Below are positions 55,401 through 64,000 of a stretch of 64,000 nucleotides of DNA, piece by piece. The position numbers and the translations under genes were made by a program. Each line of letters opens with the position of its first letter. Within the stretch, counting starts at the first letter, position 1. A model generated the notes under the pieces. It made no database searches, was not told the DNA's origin, and saw only the letters and a program-made list of their open reading frames with translations. The stretch is from the NCBI GenBank assembly GCA_029717555.1, contig JAMDHS010000003.1, positions 62,001 to 126,000 on the forward strand, read 5' to 3'. The stretch comes from Peribolospora baueri. Taxonomy: Eukaryota.

Positions 55401-58400
55401 ATGTCCGAGTCCACGCTGGAATCGTCTTCGTCCGTGTTCTCTTCGTCTTGCGAGAGCTTCTCGAACAAAGCCTCCATCACAGACGGAGATGCAAACCCGT
55501 CGGCCTCCGACATCTCCGCGTCGCGCTGCTCGCCTCCCTTCTTGCCATCTTCGTCCTTTACCACCTCACCGTGGTCCATCTCCACGTCCACTTTGGTGGG
55601 CGAGCCACGACCGGCGCTGACAGAAAGCTCCACCTCCATCATGTCTTCGTCCTTGTCCTCGTCGGGCCGATCAAGACGCGCCATCGCCAAAACGATGCCG
55701 TCGAGGAGCTCGCGCTCCACTTCACGCCGTGCCCGCTCATCGAAAGCGTAGGGCTCGTACCGGAGCGGACGCCCTTCGCGCCCTTGGCCTTGGCTGGAAA
55801 TGACAACGTCCACGATCGGATCATCCGACGACACCGACTCGTACTTTTCCTCTTCCGCCACCGGCTGTCCTCCCAGACGCACCAAGCACCTCACCAGCGC
55901 GGCCTGCGCCGAGGCGGCGATACTGGCGTGTTGGCTCAAAAGGAGGGTGCAAAAAAGCGGACTGAACGTCGCGACGGACAGCCTGGGTCTTCGAACAGTC
56001 TCCGACTCATCGATAGCCGTCATCTGTCCCCCATCCGCGCTGCCCTTGCGCGACGTGGACGAACACTCAACGGCCGTGATGGCCGAGTCGAATGAGGCTA
56101 GCGTACCCTCCGATCGATTACGTTGCGTGATGGGCTCTTTGTATTCGTCGTCCGCAGAAGCATGCGACGGAGTAGGTGCTGCTGGGGCTTGCTTTGGCTC
56201 GTCCTGGTCGATCTGGTCTTTGTCCTGTTCCACTTCGATGAGCGGGCAATTCTGTACAAGACGCCCGTCAGGTCTGGTCAGTTTGGCATATTCCGCCTGT
56301 CGCAATCTCATAAGACTCTTGCGCTTGAAGTTGTGCTCCAACAACACTTACCCTCAAGAAGAACCACATGATTCGGTCGAGCTCCGGTGCCAACGCCTCG
56401 CAAACAGCCGGCTCTGCACATGGTCACCAGGAGATGACACAACGCCGTCAGTCAGTATCAAAGGCGGGCGGACGACCAAATCAGATTAAGCAACGAGGTC
56501 TACGACGACGTCCTCCTGCCGATGGGCAGGCCGGCGCAGAAGTTGAGCAGCTCAGCTGCCTCCACTCACCATCCGTCCCTAGCCCATTTAGGAGCGGCAA
56601 GACGTATTCGACGGCGTCACACAAATCCACCCCCTTCACCCACTCATACAGCAACTGAGAGACAAGGACGCTGTGAGAAAAGAAAAGCAAGAGAGGGAGC
56701 GAAAGAAAGAGAAGGAAGGTGAGATAAGCGCGCGCGTCGGACCGGGGAGCCATACATACGGCTCGGAAAATTAGCGAAAGGCAGGGGGCGCACCGATGGA
56801 ACTGCATCTCGCTCTTGGCGAACAGGAAGATCCTCTCGAGCGTGCTGAGCTGCTCGTCCAACACGTCCTCCGCGCACATCTCGCCTTGCTCGGGACCAGC
56901 GTCTCCGAAGGCCCACCTGGCCTTCCGTTCGAACTCTGCCTCACCATCACCTCCAGCCGCTGGGGCGCCAACGAGGCTCATACCATCAGAGACGAATTCC
57001 GACCGTTGGCTCTCCTCGAACCGCTCTCCCTCTCCAGTGCCTACTTCCTCTGCTTGCACCCCCAACCCCATCCTCATCCCTAGCCCCGCTTCGACCTGCT
57101 TCCTCGTCTCTCTCTGCATCGCTTCTCCCATCCCTCCTCCAACCAATCCGAGACCTCCCCCGCTCGATCCTCCCTCCTCCTCCCATTCCCTCCGACCATC
57201 TTCCCCCGCGTCATCGCCAACCGTACCGCCCGCGACAGGCTCGGCGTCGTCGCGAAAGTAACCCAACACACCTCCGCGGGGCCTTCGGGTCTGCGGGGAC
57301 GACTGCTCGACACCGGAACCCGAGCCGGGACCGAAGGAGAGAGAAGGGAGATTTGGAGGAGGAGGTGGCACGGAAGGGAATCCCGAGCGGGTTAGAGACG
57401 GTCGTTTGAGTGCCAAAGGGGAACCAGGAGAGCCGGGGCTGGGAGCAGCCTTCGAATCGGACATCGGAGATTTAGAGAGCGAAGGAGAGATCTCGTCCGC
57501 GCTTCCCAATTTGTCCCACGACCGAGCGTTGCGGGCCCGCGCACCGATAAGGCTGGGCGACGGAGGGGAGGGAGCGCCAGAATCTCTCACCCCTCTCCGC
57601 ATTTTGCCTCGGCCCCCGTCTTCCTCCGCATCGCCGTCCCCTTCTGCTTCATCGTCAGAGTCGGAAAACGAGCCTTTGCGTGAGCCGGTGCCAGAGGTGA
57701 CGGAGCCAGCGACACGGGCCCTGGAAGACTGTCGAGTAAGCTGCAAATCTGCGACAGGAGCTTGAAGGCCCAAAATCGGCGAAGAGGACGATGCGAAGGG
57801 GCTGGAGGAAGAGGCTGAAGGACGCAAACGCCCAATTCGCGCCGACCTTCCTTCCTCCATCCCGACCCCATCGCTTTCCTTCATGCCGTCTCCATTCCTC
57901 CCCTCTCCCACCCCCGCCTCCGCATCCTGCTCATCCCAATCGTCCGGATCATCGCTGAGTTCGTATCCGCTCCGAGGAGGGAGGGAAATGAAGCTACGCA
58001 CTTTCGGCGGTGACTCGGGCGAGGTGGGGGTGGAGGACGTCGCGTTGGCGTCCGATGAGTTTGGGGAGGGGGACGAGGACGGAGAAAAATCGTCTCCTGC
58101 CTCTGCTTCTGGTACCGCCCCCATAGTTCCACCTATCCCGCCGTCCATCGCGTCCCCTTCCATCACCACATCCAAATTTACGTCCACCTGGGACGGCACC
58201 GAGCCTTCGTTCCTGTTCCCTTCCTCTCCCAACCTCTCGTAGTCGCCGTCCCTCGCGGCGCTGCCGACGGCGAGGGCATTTAGTGCGCTCGTCTGAGCCG
58301 CCGAAGGGGAGGCCTTGAGAGCTGGGCCGAGCAGCGCGGCGCCCATTCCACCCGCAGATGTTCCGGGAGACGAGGGCAGCGGCGGCGACCCAAGCCCTGA

Positions 58401-60241
58401 GCCCGAGCTTGATCTCGGTGGTGGAAGGACGGTGGGAGCCGGACGGACTGTGGTGGCGGAAGAAGGGGAAGAAGAACTTGACGACGGGTGCTCGGCGGCG
58501 GGACTGGGAGAAGCAGACGAAAGGGCCGCGAGAGTGCTAGTGTCGACGTACAGTTCGGGTTGCGAGGCGTAAGGGGGCGGATGATCGGAAGGCACAGGCG
58601 GAAAACTGGTGGCGGCGCCGGCTTGTCGATCTCCGCTCGCGTCTCCGCCAAAGACGGGGGATAACGGAGAAGTGGAAGAGAACGGGGAGGAAGCGGACGC
58701 GGTCGACCTCCTCCTCTCGTGGCCCGGCATCCACTTTCCAACGGCTCCCTCTCCCGCATCGGCAGCAGATCTCAAGCCAGGTGAAGATTGCGCCCCACGA
58801 AGGAGCGAAGCCCTGCCAGCGGCGACAGTGGCTGGGGACGAGGACAACGACGGTGATGACGGAACCGCCGACGCCGATGCAGAGTGTGCGTGCCGGCTGA
58901 ATGCAGAATGCGACGGGGAGATATGAGCTGACCTGGGGCTCGTACTCCATGCACGCGATCCGCCGCCAGTTTGGGAAGGCGAGCAGGAAAGTGCGTGCCC
59001 GAGCGAAGCGGAAGAGGATGAGGGGGAAGAAGAGGGCCGACAAGGCAATGGCACGGCGGTCGCCAGTGAAGGAGAGGCTGCCGCGGCGGAGAGGGCAGGC
59101 TGGAGCGAGGGCGGAACCGGGGAGGAGAGGCGGTTGGAGATGGGGATGGCGTGAGGACTTGACGCCATGTTGGTCGTGACAGCTGGTTGCTGGCGCGGAC
59201 TGATCGCCCCAGCGGCCGAGGAAGATGGAGACGCGTCATCGTCGCCAGGCCAGACATCGTCCCAGGGGTGCGAAGGATCTGGATTAGGGGGCGGCGAGGT
59301 GGACGGCGACCGCGGCTGCGCGTTCAGAAACGTTGGTGAGGCAGGCAAGCCGGCGGTGGCATGGGAAGGTAGTGGTATGGGTACGGCGCTAGAAGGAAGG
59401 GGTATGAGGACGGGTGAGGCGCGCGACTGGGTTCGGCGATGGGAGCCAATGCGGGGAGACGCCGAGCCTGAACTCGAGAGAGTTTGGCTTTCAAAGCCGA
59501 GGGGAGAGGGCGAGCGTCGGCGAGACGGATGGTGACCATTGATGGAGCCCACACCGAGCTGGAAGGACGCGAGACTGGCGTGTCTGGCGTGACCGTGCCC
59601 GCTGGCGCCGCCCGTGCGCGCGGCCGCAGACGTGGAGGGGGAAACGGACATGGATGGTTCGGGGAGTGGAGAAAGGTGTTCGCCTCTGTCCAAGCTGAGG
59701 GAGCCGTGTGAGCTCGACTGGCCCGGCTTGTCGGACCACGTTCCGCGGATGGGCATGGGCCTGCTGGCGCCGCCAGATGTTGGAGAAGAGGGCGACGGAG
59801 AGCGATCGCCCATGTCCATGGACCGGGAGCGAGAATGAGATCGCCACGAGTCGACGCCAAGTCGGGCGGAGGAGGATGAAGGTGACGAAAAGGGCCCGGT
59901 ATCCGGGGTGTGATCTGTGCGACGCGAGCGAAAGGAGGAGCGTCGACGAAAGGAGGAGTGGCAAGGGCGGCAAAGAGGGGTAACAAAAGGGAGACGGGGT
60001 CGGGTCAGTTCGACGGTGATCAAGAGGACGCCGCGGTGAGGTGAGTATATGGGAGGCCGGATGAGATGAGCCCTCGAGCATCGTCCACCTCCGCGGAGCG
60101 GAATATGAGGATGGGGAAAGAAAAAAATCGAAGCGAGGGCCGGAACAAAAGAGGAAGCCAGAGAGACGGGAGGTTCGAGTGGAGTGGCGAGGAAGATGGG
60201 CCATGTACCGGACTGTTTCTTCACTCACCCGCAGCTGGCAT
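52446..60241 (-). CDS. HEAT-repeat Ser/Thr phosphatase regulatory subunit, PP4R1-like, with long disordered N- and C-termini
   Basis: LSTLERIFLFAKS, AVEYVLPLLNGLGTD, FVRKEAVAAMGALAKVV, WHVRQMTALALPSLC, AFNIPAVVLTLG, VRRTIAASLHEIAKIIG, WRMR and DPIVNVRIALAR. The start is either 59819 (MDMGDR) or an upstream mini-exon at 60241 (MPAA|DHTP). Confidence 0.8.
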
Positions 60242-61141
60242 CTCTTTCTTTGTCTGCCTGACCGACACGGAGGGACGGACGAGGGAGTTGCGGCTGGGGC
60301 GATCGCCTTCGAGTGCGGTTGCCGTTTCGCAGCGAGAGACAGTCGGCCGCCTGGCTGGCTGGCGAAAGTCGCGCTCCGCACCTGCTGAAAGTGAGAAGTC
60401 GTGCGAGCGGAGGGGTAAGGATGTGGGCGTCGCTGACGTAGGGTGGGGTAGGGTGGATGATGGAGTGATGAGGATGAGAGCGGATGGAGGCTGAGGGAAG
60501 AGGGATGGATGGATCGATGGCGAGCCTGGCTCTGGCTCAAGCACGGAGCGTTGCCGGCTCGAATTTCACGCCACGCGACACAAAGCGAACGAAAAACTTC
60601 CCCTTTTCATCCTCGGCCTTTCCCCCCGTGTGACAGAGAGGAAGAAAGGGCGCTTCTTAGACGTCTATCATTTCCCTTCGACTCCGTTCGGAGGAGGACA
60701 GGGGATAAAGAAAGGAAGAAATGAGGACGATACGGAGAAGAGGTCGTCCAAGTCGTGTGACAAAGGCTCTCATCGTTTTCCGGTGCTCATCGCTTTCCGG
60801 ATCCCTTATGGCTGGGGCGACGGTCGCGTCGGTCGTCACGCGCCGCTCCCTCTTTCTTCACGCCGTCCATGTTCTAAGGTGACCACTGCGCACACCTTGC
60901 CGGTCTACTAGATCCCGTCTTCTTTCCACCCATCACACCGTCGATATGTGTACGACGACCGCGCCGCGATCCGCTCGCTACTCGAACAGCCGCGCCCCGT
61001 GCGGTATGAATGGCTACTCTCATTCGCGTTCCCACCGCACGCCGTGTCCATGAGCCCGCCAAGCGAGCGAAAGACATCGGAGACGTGCCATGTGCAGTAC
61101 AGTGTGCACATGATGTACATACAGCGCAACAGGCAACGACC

Positions 61142-61859
61142 CTACGAGGCCTTGAGGAAGTTGCTCGCCTTGATCTCCCTACGGTTCTTCTTCCTCAGCT
61201 TCTTTCGCACCTCCCGCTCCATCTCCTTCCCCGTGAGCTCAGCCCCGGGTTCCACCGAACTTCGATCCAGCGTCTTCCAAAGCCACGCCGGGTACTCCTC
61301 ATCTCGTAGCGCCACAGGCGCCGGTCGGTCCTTGAGAATCTGCAGACCGGTTAGCACCGTTCCTGCGGGGCAGGAAGAGATGTTGAGCGCTGAGCGCGTC
61401 CAGAATCGAGCATAGGTAGACATCGCAAACCGAGGAGATGCAAGGAGGTGAAAGGAGAAAGAAGAAGAAGCGCAGCAAGGCATGCTCGTGAATACGAACG
61501 GCAGCGACAAAAGCCACCGAACTCCGGCAGAGGTAGGAGGATGATGGCCTTGCAACCAGCCACCGTCCTCCCGGTAACGTGTCCAAGGTGCCAGCCTCCA
61601 CGGGAGACAATCATAGCTCACCTTCTTCCTTCTTCGCGTCCTCACCGCCCTCGACCGATCCGGCCGCCGAGCCCTCTGCGCTGCCTTCGCTCTTCGTCTC
61701 AGAGCTCGCTTTGGCGGCGCTCGCCGCATATGTTCGTCGCGCCTCCGAGGACGAGATGCCGAAGACACTCGGGCGACGGCAGGCGAGGTTGAGGCTCAGG
61801 GCAAAGTCGGAGGGCCGTGTTCGCGTTCGAGCAAGAAGGTGCGTTGCAAAGGAGGACAT
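61142..61859 (-). CDS. MRPL37: Mitochondrial large-subunit ribosomal protein mL54 (yeast Mrpl37)
   Basis: Arg/Ser-rich presequence, then SSCPAGTVLTGLQILKDRPAPVALRDEEYPAWLWKTL...LRKKNRREIKASNFLK; one intron at about 61393-61621. Confidence 0.92.
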
Positions 61860-62087
61860 TGTAAGAGGACGGTAGAGAGCTTGGGTAACCCGATGAGACG
61901 CCGCTGGGACAGTGGATCGAAGGACGACGAGTCCCGGCTCAGGATGGCCTAGAAGAAGCAGCTCGCCGCAGCAAGGTCGGGGTCCAAGCGAGCGGTCAGT
62001 GCGAACACACGAGATGAGCAAGAACGACCCCGTCAACCCTCCTCTCCCTTCCCATCTCCTCAACCACCCGCCCTTTGTCCCTCCGAA

Positions 62088-64000
62088 ATGCTCGACCATT
62101 TCTCCATATTCACCAGAGGCGGCATAGTCCTCTGGTCCCGCTCCTTCACCCCTTCGGCAGAGGTCAACAACCCCGTCAACGCCCTCGTTCGCCACGCGCT
62201 CATAGAGGAGAAAGGGGCAGACGGCAGGCTCGACACGGAGGGATACGCGATTCGGTGGACTTTCGCTAACGAGCTCGAGCTCATCTTTGTTGTGAGTGCT
62301 CCTTGGTCTTTCCGCCTCGTCCCAGTTTGGTCCGGGTGCCGCCAGTGCTAGCCCAGCGGGCTGGCCCGACTTGGAACCGTATTGCTGACGTGTTGTCCCC
62401 CTCCCCCGTCTCCTCCATATGTCGCACTTTTCGTCCTAATGCAGGCGGTTTATCAACGCATCCTTCAACTGACATACATCCCCGATCTTCTCGCCTCGGT
62501 CAAGGAGCTTTTCATAAACCTCTTCCAGCCATTCCTCACCACCCTTCTAGCATCCAGCTCCGGCAAGCTTCTACCCCATTCCTCAGCTGGAGGGGCGAAA
62601 GATGGCGTAAGGGTAATGTTCAGTAAGGGCGAGTTTGCCCAGGCGCTCAAGAGCTGGGAGGGTTTGTTTGATGACCTTCTGCGCAAGCTCGAGGTCGCAA
62701 GCGCTCAGATAAAGAAGAGGGGAAAGAGGCCTGTCGATGGAGTCAACGTGTCAGCTGGTCAGCCGCCTTATGCCGTCTCGTTGCCTACTCCTGGTGAGTG
62801 GGGATCTGCTCTTCTGGGAATGTATGCTCTTGGTGCTTGCGTGAGCTAAAATACGCTCGTGCCGGTTCGTCTGACGACCATATCCGCTCCCCACGTTTCC
62901 TTGACTTCTTGCCTTGATGGACCTTGCCTATTGTTACAAAGATCTTCCAGCTGCTCCAACGTCATCTTCCTCCGATGCCGCCGAAATAGCCCGAAACGTC
63001 GAGGCTCTCAAAAGCAGGCTTAAAGCCGGGGGTGGGCCTGGAGGGAGGAGGGGAAAGGGAGGGAAGGGAGCGGCGAGCGACGCGAGTCGTCCGGGAAGTG
63101 GTCATGGAAGCAGGTGAGTTCTGGTCTTTCGGGTCTCACCAGCAGAGGGTTTTACTCAGTCCCTGTTTCTCATGTCTTTGTCTTGAAAGCGGTTTGGATG
63201 GGGGGGGAAAGCGCAAGGCTGTTAAGGAGATGCGCAAGTGGGACGACTCGAAGGTGACGACGGCGGACATGGCCTCGCTTGACTTTAGCACCGGTGCCGG
63301 TTCGAGCAACGTCTCGACGCCTGAGGTGGAGAAGGAGGCGAGGGATCTGGAAGGGTTGGTTGACAAGCGAAGTTATGGTACTCGTTCGGGTAATGGTCTC
63401 TACGAGGTTGCCGACATAGAGGATGGAGGGGACGGTGATGACGACGACGACGACGGCGATACGGCCTCAACTGCACAGGGAGGTTTTCTTTCTCGCCTCA
63501 ACGGCGCTTCTTCTTCCAAGGCGACGCCCGCCAAATCGTCATCGGGAATCGGCGCCTTCTTGTCCCGCATCATGGGCTCCGCCACCACCCTCACAGCCGC
63601 GGACTTGGAACCAGCTTTGGCGGCGATGGAAGAGCACCTCATGCGCAAGAATGTGGCCAAGGACATTGCAGAAAAGATCTGCGACTCGGTGGCGAAGGGT
63701 CTCGTCGGCAGGGAGGTGTCTGGCTACGGGGCCACGAAGCGCGAAGTCCGCGCTGCGCTCGAGAAGAGCATAACGAGGATCCTCACTCCCAGGACGAGCA
63801 CCGATATCCTCCTCGAGATCGACCGCAAGCGCCGCTCCAGCGCGAACAAATCCGCTCTCGGGGCCACCGCTGACCCTTACACGATCGCGTTCGTAGGGGT
63901 CAACGGCGTGGGAAAGTCGACGAACCTGAGCAAGGTGTGCTTCTGGCTCCTCCAGAATGGCCACCGCGTGCTTATCGCCGCCTGCGACACCTTCCGCTCC
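62088..64000 (+). CDS. SRP101: Signal recognition particle receptor alpha subunit; runs off the window end
   Basis: MLDHFSIFTRGGIVLW, WTFANELELIFV|AVYQRILQLTYI, HLMRKNVAKDIA and the GTPase P-loop FVGVNGVGKSTNLSKVCFWLLQN...IAACDTFRS. Confidence 0.97.

Overview
This is intron-rich, GC-rich eukaryotic nuclear DNA from a basidiomycete fungus; Ustilaginomycotina-like is an inference from intron signals and protein style. I can support 16 protein-coding genes, assembled by hand from GT-AG splice sites. In order: a tail-anchored hypothetical protein (-), SPT16 (+), a GBF1/Gea ARF-GEF (+), a secreted GH92 alpha-1,2-mannosidase with micro-exons (+), a Nup1/Nup153-like FG nucleoporin (-), a CHS7-family chaperone (-), a KpsF/GutQ-type SIS sugar isomerase (-), CMK1 (-), cytosolic HSP70 (+), a small secreted orphan (+), THOC5 (-), ATG8 (+), a Gly-rich GPI-like protein with three apparent frameshifts (-), an OPT oligopeptide transporter (-), a PP4R1-like HEAT protein (-), MRPL37 (-), plus a 3'-truncated SRP receptor alpha (+). 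I found no transposon, tRNA, rRNA, CRISPR array or metabolic gene cluster, and no clearly novel multi-gene system. Most of the supplied ORFs are shadow or antisense artefacts. The most unusual items are the triple same-direction frameshift at 43.5-44.7 kb, the CBS-less arabinose-5-phosphate-isomerase-like protein with basic insertions, and the spliced 106-aa secreted orphan.
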